Below are positions 8,921 to 18,457 of a stretch of 64,000 nucleotides of DNA, piece by piece (within the stretch, counting starts at the first letter, position 1; each line of letters starts with the position of its first letter). This stretch comes from an uncultured Candidatus Poseidoniales archaeon (GTDB lineage Archaea; Thermoplasmatota; Poseidoniia; Poseidoniales; Thalassarchaeaceae). The DNA lies in the NCBI GenBank assembly GCA_902530535.1, contig CACAAP010000002.1, forward strand, positions 255-64,254, given 5' to 3'. A program made the position numbers and the translations under genes. The notes beneath the pieces were generated by a model that saw nothing but the letters and a program-made list of their open reading frames with translations, searched no databases and was not told where the DNA came from.

Positions 8921-11900
8921 TCACATGTTCCTTCTGAACTTTCCACCGCTCTCGAAAAGGGCCTGGGTAACCTGACCCACTGAGCAGTATTCTACGATTT
9001 CCATCATTACCTCGAATAGGTTGCCACCCTCGCGTGCTGTATTCTTCAGCTTGGCAAGTCCCTCCTCCGCCTCTTTCGAGTGGGTCTCCCTGAATTCTGC
9101 GTTCCTTGTGATGACCTTCATTTTCTCCTTCTCGTCGGATCTTGTGACGTCCAAGTCGAAATCGTCGGCCGATGGAGTGGCTGAGTCCTCGTCCGTGAAG
9201 GTGTTAACTCCGACTATTGGAGTTTCTCCGGTGTGCTTTCTGTGCTCGTAGAGCATCCCCTCGTCCTGGATCCTATTTCTCTGGTAGTTGACTTCCAGGG
9301 CTCCCAACACCCCTCCCCTGCTATGCATCTCCTCGAATATCCTGAGTACCTTCTCCTCTACCTCATCAGTCAGGTAATCGGCTACGAATGAGCCTTGGAG
9401 TGGGTTCTCGTTCCTGAGCCAGCCATACTCCTTGGCCAGTATTAGTTGGATCGCCACCGCATCCCTAACTGTGTCTTCTGTAGGGGTCCCGAAGGCCTCG
9501 TCCCTGCTGTTGGTGTGGAGGCTGTTCGCGTTGTCTGCAAGGGCATAAAGGGCCTGTAGCGTGGTTCGGTAATCATTCCATGTGAACTCCTGGGAATGTA
9601 GGGATCTACCACTGCTCTGGATGTGATACTTCAGCTTCTGCCCCCTTTCCCCGACCCCATATAGGTCTCGCATGGCTATGGCCCAAATCCTCCTTGAGAC
9701 TCTACCTATTACGGCGTACTCCGGATCCATTCCATTGGAGAAGAACCATGAGAAGTTCCTCAGGAACTTGTCCGGATCGAGTCCCCTTGCCTTGAATAGC
9801 TCGACGTAGGTTAGGCCATTTGACAGGGTCAGCGCTGCTTGGGTGATCGGATTGGCACCTGCCTCATCTATGTGGTATCCGCTGATGCTGACGAAGTAGT
9901 GGTTTCGGACTTCATTGTCCACGTAGAACTCCGCCACATCTCCCATCATCCGCAGTGCGGTGTCCAGATTGAAGACCAATGTGTTCTGGCCCATGGCTTC
10001 CTTCAACTGGTCGGCTTGTACTGTTCCCCTTACTGTTGATAGGGAGTATGCCTTAATCTCCGAGGCCTCTTTCTCGTTCGGCTCTCTTCCGTTCTCATCG
10101 ATGAACTTCCGAGTCTGCTGCCTGATTGCAACTCTGAAGAACGCTGCCAGGTGCCACCAGTAGTTCCCATTGATTGTCATGCTGACTGACGTGTTGGGTG
10201 CGCACAGGTCGAAGCCGTCGAAGAGCATCTCCATCTCGTCTACGGTGCTAATGCTTACGCCAGACTCACAGACCTTCCCGAAAATATCCAACCTCTCCTG
10301 AGGGTCGTTACCATACAGGCTTGGTGAGTCGAATGCTACCGAGAGGCGGTTGAATGGTTGATCATTGGATAGGAAGTGGTAACGCTTGTTGGTCCTCTCC
10401 GCGCTGCCTTCCCCGGCGAACATTCTGACTGGAAGTTCGTCCTCCCTCCTGAACGGGAAGACCCCTCCGGTGAAAGGAAAGGAGCCTGGGACGTTCTCCT
10501 TGCTTATCCACAGAAGTTTCTCTCCCCAGTCCTCCGTTGTTGGGAGTGCCACCCTAGGCACCCTAGTCCCTGAAATGGTCTCATGGGTAGTCTTTACCGG
10601 GATCTCCTTTCCTCGAACAGTGTAACTTGCCTGTCCGGATCTATAGGATTCTGCTATTGATTCGAAATCCTCCAGAGCCCCCCATGCAGATTCGGGCAGA
10701 GATTCGCGTATTTCCTTCGCCTCTTCCAGCAAGTCAATGTGATTTCCTCCCTTTTTCGAGGAGTCGAGGAATGTGGTCACAGATTCTAGCTGCTGGACTT
10801 GTCTAACTGCCTTGGCCAAGTCCTCAGACCTCTTGTGATAACCCCTCACCGTAGAAGCTACTTCTGCCAGATATCCCTGACGCTCGGGGGGAATTGGGGC
10901 ATCACGGCTGGGAAGTCCGTCTGGGCCCAGTCTAGCCTCACTTGCTGCGAAGTCTGTATCGAATCTGTCGTTGAGGAGTGAGGACATCATCTCCCAAAGT
11001 CGATCGACTCCCGCGTCTGCGAACTGGCTAGCAATCGTGGGAACCACTGGCATTGACTCCGGGCTTTCTCCGAATGCCTCTCTGTTCCTCTGAAATTGCT
11101 TGCGAATCTCGGTTAGTGCATCCTCGGCCCCGGGCCTATCGAACTTGTTCAGAACCACAATGTCGGCGAAATCTAGAGCGGCTAGCTTCTCCAACTGGCT
11201 GGGTGCACCGTACTCCCTTGTTGTTACGTATATCGAGGTATCAGCGACCTCGGTAATTGCGTCGTTACCTTGTCCTATCCCGCTGGTCTCAACCAAAACC
11301 AAGTCGAAACCCACTGCCTTACAGACCTCGACGGCGCGATCTATGCACTCAGCTATCTCTCGCCCACTTTCCCGGCTCGCGAATGAGCGCATGAACAACT
11401 TTGAGTCTGAGAGGGAGTTCATCCTGATTCTGTCCCCAAGTAGGGCACCTCCTGTCTTCTTCCTCGTAGGATCGGTTGCTAGCAGTGCGACCCTGGCTTC
11501 GGGATTGTCTCGCCTGATCCTAAGCATGACCTCATCCATCAGGCTCGACTTCCCGGCACCCCCTGTTCCGGTTATCCCCACTACGGGGCACTCTGCTTCG
11601 GCTTCCCTGGAGCGTGCTTGGGATAATTTGTCTGAGAATTGGCCGGGAGGTGAGTTTTCTGCCATGGTCAGTAGGAGAGATACTGCAGCATGATCGTCTG
11701 CATCTACCTGGCCCGTGATCTGGTCGAATCTGGATTCAGCAAGTAGGTCTGTGCCGGATGCGGTGGCCATTGCGTCCCTGACCATCCCAACTAGGCCAAG
11801 GTCCCTGCCATCATCCGGCGAATAAATCTTAGAAATCCCCTGCTCCTTGAGGTGCTCGATTTCTTTTGGCAGGATGGTTCCGCCTCCGCCTCCAAAGAGG

Positions 11901-12217
11901 AAAACGTGCTCGAAACCATTTTCTTGCAAGATGTCTTTAGTGTGTGTGAACATCTCAACCGCCCCTCCCTGGTAGGATGTGATAGCCACAGCATGCGCAT
12001 CCTCCTGTATGGCGGCACGTGCTACCTCATCTGCACCTCTATCGTGCCCTAGGTGGATAACCTCACAACCTTGGCTCTGTAGAATCCTGCGGAATATTCC
12101 GATGGCTGCATCGTGCCCATCGAAGATGGCTGCCGCGGTAATTACTCGGATGGGCATTTTCCCCCCTGGAGCCCGAATTATAGAGTCGGGCTCGCCGCTA
12201 TCCGCTCTACTTGCCAT
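8921..12217 (-). CDS. icmF: Fused B12-dependent acyl-CoA mutase of IcmF type (B12-binding domain, MeaB-like GTPase, mutase catalytic domain)
   Basis: The B12 domain reads MPIRVITAAAIFDGHDAAIGIFRRILQSQGCEVIHLGHDR. The GTPase P-loop GITGTGGAGKSSL and NKFD follow, then a large mutase barrel. I take the start at the MASRADS ATG (12215-12217), with MPIRV at 12157 as an alternative. The ORF-track 5' extension has no homology-like content. Confidence 0.85.
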   Translation of the reverse strand: MASRADSGEPDSIIRAPGGKMPIRVITAAAIFDGHDAAIGIFRRILQSQGCEVIHLGHDRGADEVARAAIQEDAHAVAITSYQGGAVEMFTHTKDILQENGFEHVFLFGGGGGTILPKEIEHLKEQGISKIYSPDDGRDLGLVGMVRDAMATASGTDLLAESRFDQITGQVDADDHAAVSLLLTMAENSPPGQFSDKLSQARSREAEAECPVVGITGTGGAGKSSLMDEVMLRIRRDNPEARVALLATDPTRKKTGGALLGDRIRMNSLSDSKLFMRSFASRESGREIAECIDRAVEVCKAVGFDLVLVETSGIGQGNDAITEVADTSIYVTTREYGAPSQLEKLAALDFADIVVLNKFDRPGAEDALTEIRKQFQRNREAFGESPESMPVVPTIASQFADAGVDRLWEMMSSLLNDRFDTDFAASEARLGPDGLPSRDAPIPPERQGYLAEVASTVRGYHKRSEDLAKAVRQVQQLESVTTFLDSSKKGGNHIDLLEEAKEIRESLPESAWGALEDFESIAESYRSGQASYTVRGKEIPVKTTHETISGTRVPRVALPTTEDWGEKLLWISKENVPGSFPFTGGVFPFRREDELPVRMFAGEGSAERTNKRYHFLSNDQPFNRLSVAFDSPSLYGNDPQERLDIFGKVCESGVSISTVDEMEMLFDGFDLCAPNTSVSMTINGNYWWHLAAFFRVAIRQQTRKFIDENGREPNEKEASEIKAYSLSTVRGTVQADQLKEAMGQNTLVFNLDTALRMMGDVAEFYVDNEVRNHYFVSISGYHIDEAGANPITQAALTLSNGLTYVELFKARGLDPDKFLRNFSWFFSNGMDPEYAVIGRVSRRIWAIAMRDLYGVGERGQKLKYHIQSSGRSLHSQEFTWNDYRTTLQALYALADNANSLHTNSRDEAFGTPTEDTVRDAVAIQLILAKEYGWLRNENPLQGSFVADYLTDEVEEKVLRIFEEMHSRGGVLGALEVNYQRNRIQDEGMLYEHRKHTGETPIVGVNTFTDEDSATPSADDFDLDVTRSDEKEKMKVITRNAEFRETHSKEAEEGLAKLKNTAREGGNLFEVMMEIVEYCSVGQVTQALFESGGKFRRNM

Positions 12218-12267
12218 ACTACCCCGAAAACACGATTCCACAAGAATGCGTTGACTGTCCGAAAACC

Positions 12268-12789
12268 ATGGAACTAGTATTCCGGGACATTGTTCAAGAC
12301 GAAAGGAGAGTACGCAGGTACGTGGAAGAGAGGCCAGAGTCTGTCGAAATAACCTCGGGTTCTGATGGGAATCCATGGGGAGGTGAGCCTCCCAATCTGG
12401 AGTCTGGTGCAACCATTCTAAGCGGTAGCGTTTCTTCACTAGGGGCGAGTAACGGTGGTGCACTAGGCATCGTGTCCCAGCAGGAACAGGGCAATGGCTC
12501 CAACGTAGGCTGGTTCTTCGTTGGTCTAATTCTGGCTCCTGCCGGTATGTGGATCTCTTCAATTATACTCATGGAAATTGCATCGGTGCTCCCGGATATG
12601 GGAGAGGATTTGTTCATGGCGGCTAGTTTTCTTGTATGGCCGGTAGGTCTTATCGCAGGAATAGTATGGAGTTTTACAAGAGGGAACAAGTACTTCGCGA
12701 TTGGCATGCTGACTACTGTGATAGGAATCCCCGCAGTTTTGTTCCTGGCATTAATCGTAATGTTTCTGATGTGGAGCGGCGGCTTCTGA
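12268..12789 (+). CDS. Hypothetical small membrane protein (3 predicted TM segments)
   Basis: ORF divergent from icmF with three clear hydrophobic helices in the C-terminal half. The start is placed at the MELVF ATG to avoid overlap with icmF, but it is uncertain. Confidence 0.45.
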   Translation: MELVFRDIVQDERRVRRYVEERPESVEITSGSDGNPWGGEPPNLESGATILSGSVSSLGASNGGALGIVSQQEQGNGSNVGWFFVGLILAPAGMWISSIILMEIASVLPDMGEDLFMAASFLVWPVGLIAGIVWSFTRGNKYFAIGMLTTVIGIPAVLFLALIVMFLMWSGGF

Positions 12790-12791
12790 AT

Positions 12792-13415
12792 CTAGAAACC
12801 GCTGACCAGGACGTACGCGAACAGGAACATCAGGATGCCCATGGCCCCGTCGATAAGATGGGCGTTAGACTTCAGCCTCTCTGCCCTGTCCCCTGTAGTG
12901 AGGACCGTGGCCACGGTTACGTACCAAGCCCCATCAATCGACATCCCCAGAAGGCCCATGCCGATGAGAGTCTCCATTGGGAAGTCTGCTTCTATGAATG
13001 GTGAGTATAGGGCTAGCATCCATGCCATGATCTTTGGATTGAGCAAGGCTACTGAGAAACCCTGGATGAAGCCGATCCTGTCCGAAGGAGCGTGTTGATC
13101 GTCCTGGTCCTGCTCACCTCCTCTTTCTGCCATGGCATGGCGAAGGAAGGTGGTGCCCAACCATAGTAGGATTACGACCCCACCCCACCTCAGTACCTGC
13201 TCGACGTGCTCATTTGCAGAGAGCGCGGTCGCTATCCCGAGAGCGGCGAGGAAGGCGTAGATCCCGAAGCCGATACCATGTCCTATCCCCGTGGAAATTC
13301 CCTGGCTCCGGCCCCCGGTCATGGTGTTCCTGAGGACTACTGCCAGAGAAGGCCCGGGACTCATGGCCCCCAAAGCGAAGACGATAGCGAGGGCGGCCCA
13401 GGCGCTAGGTTCCAT
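12792..13415 (-). CDS. LysE/RhtB-family amino-acid exporter
   Basis: 207 aa with about 6 TM segments. The N-terminal ALGAMSPGPS motif and overall layout are typical of the LysE translocator family. Confidence 0.75.
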   Translation of the reverse strand: MEPSAWAALAIVFALGAMSPGPSLAVVLRNTMTGGRSQGISTGIGHGIGFGIYAFLAALGIATALSANEHVEQVLRWGGVVILLWLGTTFLRHAMAERGGEQDQDDQHAPSDRIGFIQGFSVALLNPKIMAWMLALYSPFIEADFPMETLIGMGLLGMSIDGAWYVTVATVLTTGDRAERLKSNAHLIDGAMGILMFLFAYVLVSGF

Positions 13416-13433
13416 TCGGTCACCGAACTAGGA

Positions 13434-15218
13434 TCAGTACATGGCCTCTATCTCGCTAGCCCAGTTCTCCCTGATCTGGATCCTCCTGATCTTCAGAGTC
13501 GGGGTTAGCTCCCCGTGGTCCACGCTCAGGTCCCTCGGGAGGATTGTGAACTTCTTCAGCTGCTCCGGGTTGGAGAACTGCCCGTTGAGCCTGTCCACGT
13601 GCTCCTGCAACTCCGCATGGATCTCAGGGCTATCCGTGTACTCGCTTAGCTCGTGCCCGAACTCCTTTAGCTTGGCCAACTGCTCGTTTGGGTCCTTGGG
13701 TACCTTCGCCCCATCCATCCCGTGCTTGTCCCTTAGAATGGCTCCAACGTCTAGAGTGAAGAGGGCGCTGCAGTACTTCCTGTTGTCCCCGATCAGCATG
13801 CACTGGGAGACAAGAGGAATCGACTTCATGGTCTCCTCAATCACGAGGGGCGCGATGTTCTTGCCTGCGGAGCTGACGTAGATCTCCTTTATCCTGCCAG
13901 TCACGCTGATGTATCCCTCTGAGTCCTCCCTACCTAGGTCTCCTGACTTCAGCCAGCCGTCCTCGGTCATTGTCTCTGCTGTAGCTTCGGGGTTGTTGTA
14001 GTAGCCCTTCATGATGTGCCTGCCACGGAACTGTATCTCTCCGTCACCGGCCTCGTTCGGGTTGTCGATCCTGATATCTCCGACGAAGGCCTTCCCTACG
14101 GTCCCGATTTTGTTATTGCCGGGGTAACCTATTGTGGCTCCCGCGGTGGTCTCGGTCATTCCGTATCCTTCGAATAGGGGAATGTCCAGCTTCTGGAAAA
14201 GGTGCAAAATGTCGGAGTTGATTGGAGCAGCCCCCGTGATGGCGTACTTCAGATTGGAGAACCCTATCTTCTGCTTTGCCTTCTTCCTTACTATCCCCTT
14301 CAGAACGGGTATGCTCAGCCACTTCACTTTACTTCCGAGGCCGGCAACTAGGTTGGAGTATACCTTCTCGTAGATTCTTGGTACTCCGATGAATAGAGAG
14401 GGTTCTACTTCCTTTGCGTAATCTATGGATTCCAGCGGGTTGCTGACCACTCGCATGTGCATGGCATCTCTTATCCAGATGTGGTTGTCTGCTAGCTGGC
14501 CGAAAACGTGTGCGCATGGAAGCCATGAGACATAACCGTCACCCTGATCGAACTTGGCGATGGCAGACACCCCGGCGATCTCTGCCTCGAAGTTGTCGTG
14601 AGTCAGTTCTACTCCCTTTGGGTTTCCAGTGGTACCTGATGTGTAGATCAGCGAGGCTGTGTCATCGGGCTTGATGCTGGAGGCCCTTTCCATGACCTGG
14701 GAATCCTCGATATCGCTTCCGCTGGCGAGGAAATCGGACCATGAAATTGACTTGGGGTGATCAGGCATATCCACCCCGTCCATGACGACGACGACCTCGA
14801 CCTTGTCCAACGAGGGCAGTGCCTCGTTCAAGCGATGGGAGCACATCTTTCCTTCTTCCCCCCCATCCATCGGGTTGTTACCAACGAAGACCACCTTGGA
14901 GTCGGAGTTGCCCACGACCCATTCGACCTCCTCCGGAGAGCATGTGTGGTAGACCCCTACGGCCGCGCCATTGCACATGTTGGCAGCGGAGTAAGCTGAA
15001 TACCACTCCTTTCGATTGTATGAGTATATGCTTAGCTTATCTCCGGCATCAAATCCATTGGCAATGAGGGCCTTCGAAAGTGCGACTACGTCGTCCTTGA
15101 ACTCTGACCAAGTGGTCGTGTCCCAGTTTCCGTTCTCGTCCTTGGATGAGATGGCTGACTCGTTGGGGTATTTTTCTGCGTTTTCAATTAGGTATTCGGG
15201 AGTTGTCTTCGCCGACAT
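13434..15218 (-). CDS. AMP-forming long-chain acyl-CoA synthetase
   Basis: The AMP-binding signature LIYTSGTTGNPKGVELTH, GYGMTET and the C-terminal GWLKSGDLG ... TPTLKIRR are all present. Confidence 0.9.
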   Translation of the reverse strand: MSAKTTPEYLIENAEKYPNESAISSKDENGNWDTTTWSEFKDDVVALSKALIANGFDAGDKLSIYSYNRKEWYSAYSAANMCNGAAVGVYHTCSPEEVEWVVGNSDSKVVFVGNNPMDGGEEGKMCSHRLNEALPSLDKVEVVVVMDGVDMPDHPKSISWSDFLASGSDIEDSQVMERASSIKPDDTASLIYTSGTTGNPKGVELTHDNFEAEIAGVSAIAKFDQGDGYVSWLPCAHVFGQLADNHIWIRDAMHMRVVSNPLESIDYAKEVEPSLFIGVPRIYEKVYSNLVAGLGSKVKWLSIPVLKGIVRKKAKQKIGFSNLKYAITGAAPINSDILHLFQKLDIPLFEGYGMTETTAGATIGYPGNNKIGTVGKAFVGDIRIDNPNEAGDGEIQFRGRHIMKGYYNNPEATAETMTEDGWLKSGDLGREDSEGYISVTGRIKEIYVSSAGKNIAPLVIEETMKSIPLVSQCMLIGDNRKYCSALFTLDVGAILRDKHGMDGAKVPKDPNEQLAKLKEFGHELSEYTDSPEIHAELQEHVDRLNGQFSNPEQLKKFTILPRDLSVDHGELTPTLKIRRIQIRENWASEIEAMY

Positions 15219-15284
15219 GGTTTTTTTGAGTTCAGATTGAAACTTAACTGTTGTCTAGGAAATTAAGTGTTGCAAAAACAACCT

Positions 15285-16022
15285 TCAGGGCAGGACCTTG
15301 CTGATGTTTGCCCTCCAATCGGCACCTCCGTTCCTATTTGCCAGAGGGGAAGCTGGAGATGGGTGCCAGCATGTTTCTATTGAGACTCCATAGCCGTGAA
15401 GAGCGGAAACTGCTCTCTTCTCTGCGTACTTCCCTATTCCTACCACCTTTCTGGCTCCTAATGCATCCACGACCTCCCGCAGGTGCTGATCGCAGATATC
15501 CATCAGGTCGTCTACTGCCTGTCCGGCAACGTTGTTTGGAGTTACGTTGGTTCCCCTATCACCATTCAGAATCATTAGTGGGCAGTGGTTGACTACGTAG
15601 ACTTCTTTGGATATCTTATCGATGCCTCCGTATCTGTGCTCGAGCACCCCCCACAGTCTTGTTCCAGAGACTTCCTCCTTGGGGTGTTCTAGACCGTTTA
15701 CAGGTCTTTTAGGATGAGTTATCTCGGGTTTTGCAACGGTTATCCCCGTAATCCGAATCAAGTCTCTAACTACCGATGTTGCTGCGAACGGGATGCCCAT
15801 CTGGCCCATCCCATGTGGACCGGGATTCATACCGAGCAGAATGCACTTCGCACCATTCCCACCAGTCCTTCGAATGAACTCCTCATGCACCTCCCACGCA
15901 TAATTGAGGGGGTTGTAAACGAGGTCGGCGACTCCTTCTGAGACAATCCTCCTTGCTATCGATTGGGAAGCATCCCTCAATCGGGAAGCGGAAGCAATGA
16001 GTTCGTGAACCGCGTCCACCAT
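15285..16022 (-). CDS. SMUG1-family uracil-DNA glycosylase
   Basis: LVYNPLNYAWE, GMNPGPHGMGQMGIPF, HPKRPVNGLE..EVSG.RLWG and WHPSPASPLAN match the SMUG1 motifs GMNPGP and HPSPRN along the whole length. Confidence 0.85.
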   Translation of the reverse strand: MVDAVHELIASASRLRDASQSIARRIVSEGVADLVYNPLNYAWEVHEEFIRRTGGNGAKCILLGMNPGPHGMGQMGIPFAATSVVRDLIRITGITVAKPEITHPKRPVNGLEHPKEEVSGTRLWGVLEHRYGGIDKISKEVYVVNHCPLMILNGDRGTNVTPNNVAGQAVDDLMDICDQHLREVVDALGARKVVGIGKYAEKRAVSALHGYGVSIETCWHPSPASPLANRNGGADWRANISKVLP

Positions 16023-16487
16023 CTACTGTTTCACATCTCCTAGCTTGGCCCCGGATACTTCTCTGAGTTTCTCGGGAGTGATTGGGAATACTGTCTGAGG
16101 AGTCCCCGCTGCGCCCCAAACCAAGTCGTATTGCATCAGATCCTCGTCCATCAGTACTGTGACGGGACTTGTGTGTCCGAATGGCGGGACCCCACCAACG
16201 GCGTAACCGGTGCTTTGGAGAACGTATTCAGGAGAAGCCATCCCGGGCTTGAATCCGAGTATTCGCTTCAGTTTCCTCTTTCTTTCTACCCTGTTGGATC
16301 CTGATGTGATCACTATTACGGCTCCTTCCTCTCCGCTGAATACTATCGATTTGGCGATATGCGCTACTTCGCATCCCAGTTGATCGGCAGCGTCCTGCGA
16401 CGTTCGAGTGCCTTCCTCATACTTGCGCGGGTCAGGTATGAAGCCTATTTCTTCGCACTGAGCTAGCCAGAGAACGTGCCCATCCAT
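16023..16487 (-). CDS. YbaK/ProX-type aminoacyl-tRNA trans-editing deacylase domain protein
   Basis: AKSIVFSGEEGAVIVITSG.NRV...GYAVGGVPPFGH is the YbaK/EbsC pattern. The stop directly abuts the SMUG1 start. Confidence 0.7.
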   Translation of the reverse strand: MDGHVLWLAQCEEIGFIPDPRKYEEGTRTSQDAADQLGCEVAHIAKSIVFSGEEGAVIVITSGSNRVERKRKLKRILGFKPGMASPEYVLQSTGYAVGGVPPFGHTSPVTVLMDEDLMQYDLVWGAAGTPQTVFPITPEKLREVSGAKLGDVKQ

Positions 16488-16593
16488 GCAAAGCGCCTCG
16501 AGTATCTCGACTTATGGATTGGGGACCTAGTAATGAGGGGGACGATTGCTCAGCGACTGTAAGTTTCATGACTCGATTGTAGGCGGTTCGACC

Positions 16594-18006
16594 ATGGACT
16601 GGCCTTTCGGACCGTACGAGACGGTAATGGGTGCGATACTCCTGCTGACCATTCCGATCCAGAGGATCCTAACCAGGGATGAGCCTGAGATGAGGGTTGC
16701 ACTGTCCGATCTACTAGGAGAAATCAAGGAAAAGGGGTACAAGTGGCATATTTCTGTTTATCTAATAATGTACGGATTTAAGGCCTTCATTGACCAACAC
16801 AATGAGGCGATAAAACCCCGGGTCGGCGGATTTACACACTACATTCACGGATTCGAAGGAGAGTTGACTCTCTGGGTTCAGGAGAGTTTTCGTAACGAAA
16901 TGCTTAGCGATGTCCTGTCCTTCCACTACCTGTTTGTCTACCTGTTCCTAATTTGGTTCAGTCCGATTTACTACATCCTCTGCAGGGATGAGGTCATGGC
17001 CGACAAAGCAGTACTGAACTACTCGATAATCTATGTACTCGCCGTACCTCTCTACCTCTTCTTCAACGTCGAGGTGACATCCTCATTCATTCCTGGAATG
17101 GATGCTATCATGTACCACGAGTCATGGAACCTATTCTTCTTCACTGAAGTAGACCCACTGGACAACGGCATCCCGAGTCTGCATGTTGGCCTCCCGCTTG
17201 GCCTATTGATAATCAATCGACTACACGTTAGAGACCTGGGAATCAAAATGGCGGAATGGCGCCACAGGGAGTTCGACCTTTTCGTAGCAGCAAATATCCC
17301 GATCTATTTGTTCAGCATACAATACCTTGGAATTCACTGGATTTCGGACGTCATCCCAGGAGTGATGCTTGCCGTAATATGCGCTCTCTTCGCCCATGGC
17401 ATCCAACCCAAGCTTAGGAATCTCAGAGAGAACGGTTTGCGCTCCCTCGCTCATCCAAGGAACGTTTCTTACACCGCTGCCGTATTCTCCGTAATTGGGA
17501 CTCTGATGCTAGTATTTGTCATCGTGGATGGTCCGGGGACCGATGAAAATGAGCCTACGATGAGAGTTGGGGCCGGAGATGTTAATCTTGACGTCATCGA
17601 GGTACACAGTTTGTGGCACCCAGCAGAGGTAGAGGCCAGAAATGTAGGATTAGAGGATGTACAGATTCTAGTAATTCACAGGGACATGGTCGAAGAGCAT
17701 GCCAGAGGGGGGAAGATAGACTGGTCAGGATTCTCTGATCGGGACATTCAAATCCTCTCTCCAGGAGAGGCTTACCATGTAGAGGTTGAGACTCCCACGG
17801 TATACGACGGACATTATGTTCTGGTTTCCAATCAAGGGGATGATGGAGTTGGCGAAGTCAGGATCACGATTGAGTATGTGGATGGGGATCTCATCTGGAC
17901 CGGAGTCATGTCATCCGTCCCATCTTTCGCAATAAGCGGACTTGTGGTAGGGATGATGATCTGGTCAGACAAGGATGAGGTGGCCAAACAGACCTCCGAT
18001 GAATAG
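16594..18006 (+). CDS. PAP2-superfamily membrane protein (PAP2_3 / Aur1-like) with a C-terminal non-membrane domain and a terminal TM
   Basis: Polytopic N-terminal part with IPSLHVG (PSxH-type C2 motif) and GIHWISDV (C3 H...D motif). A roughly 150-aa soluble segment and one final TM follow. The start is taken at the MDWPF ATG. Confidence 0.5.
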   Translation: MDWPFGPYETVMGAILLLTIPIQRILTRDEPEMRVALSDLLGEIKEKGYKWHISVYLIMYGFKAFIDQHNEAIKPRVGGFTHYIHGFEGELTLWVQESFRNEMLSDVLSFHYLFVYLFLIWFSPIYYILCRDEVMADKAVLNYSIIYVLAVPLYLFFNVEVTSSFIPGMDAIMYHESWNLFFFTEVDPLDNGIPSLHVGLPLGLLIINRLHVRDLGIKMAEWRHREFDLFVAANIPIYLFSIQYLGIHWISDVIPGVMLAVICALFAHGIQPKLRNLRENGLRSLAHPRNVSYTAAVFSVIGTLMLVFVIVDGPGTDENEPTMRVGAGDVNLDVIEVHSLWHPAEVEARNVGLEDVQILVIHRDMVEEHARGGKIDWSGFSDRDIQILSPGEAYHVEVETPTVYDGHYVLVSNQGDDGVGEVRITIEYVDGDLIWTGVMSSVPSFAISGLVVGMMIWSDKDEVAKQTSDE

Positions 18007-18375
18007 TCCAGAAACTGCTCCTAATCCAAGCCAAGTCCCGATTCTGAAAGCTGGGTAATTCCTCCTCCAGACATACATTGACTGGGCTAGCCAAAGAAGG
18101 ATGACTATGATGAACCAAACGAAGAATATTGCTTGGGGAAAGAATGCGAAGAACATTCCAATATTGGCTCCTAGTATCAACTCTGCCCTTCCCCCAGTCG
18201 GCTCGGGAGAGAAGTATAGGAGTGGACTCATAATCACCAGTAGGATGAATGGAGTTGTCAGTTCGCCACCCACGAGCTGAGGAGTGTTTGGAATCACATA
18301 TGGGATGCATGCTGCTGCGAATCCGGCTAGACTCGGCACCGCCACTGGCCAAAGAGGAGGTTCGTCCCACTTCAT
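17965..18375 (-). CDS. Hypothetical membrane protein (about 4 TM segments)
   Basis: 136-aa hydrophobic ORF, convergent with the previous gene and overlapping it by 42 nt. Confidence 0.45.
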   Translation of the reverse strand: MKWDEPPLWPVAVPSLAGFAAACIPYVIPNTPQLVGGELTTPFILLVIMSPLLYFSPEPTGGRAELILGANIGMFFAFFPQAIFFVWFIIVILLWLAQSMYVWRRNYPAFRIGTWLGLGAVSGLFIGGLFGHLILV

Positions 18376-18457
18376 GACACAGCGTCCAAGAGGTGTCCCA
18401 TGAACTCTACTAGGAGGGCCGGAAGGTTTTCTTTAGATTTCTCGACCTCGGAGGGAT

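Noticed and set aside
12218-12562. 115-codon 5' extension of the icmF ORF in the track
   Set aside because: The extension (MKRSTYRQEPELDQRRTSLRW...) has no mutase-like content and overlaps a plausible divergent membrane-protein gene. IcmF-type proteins begin at the B12 domain, which here starts right after the ATG at 12217.
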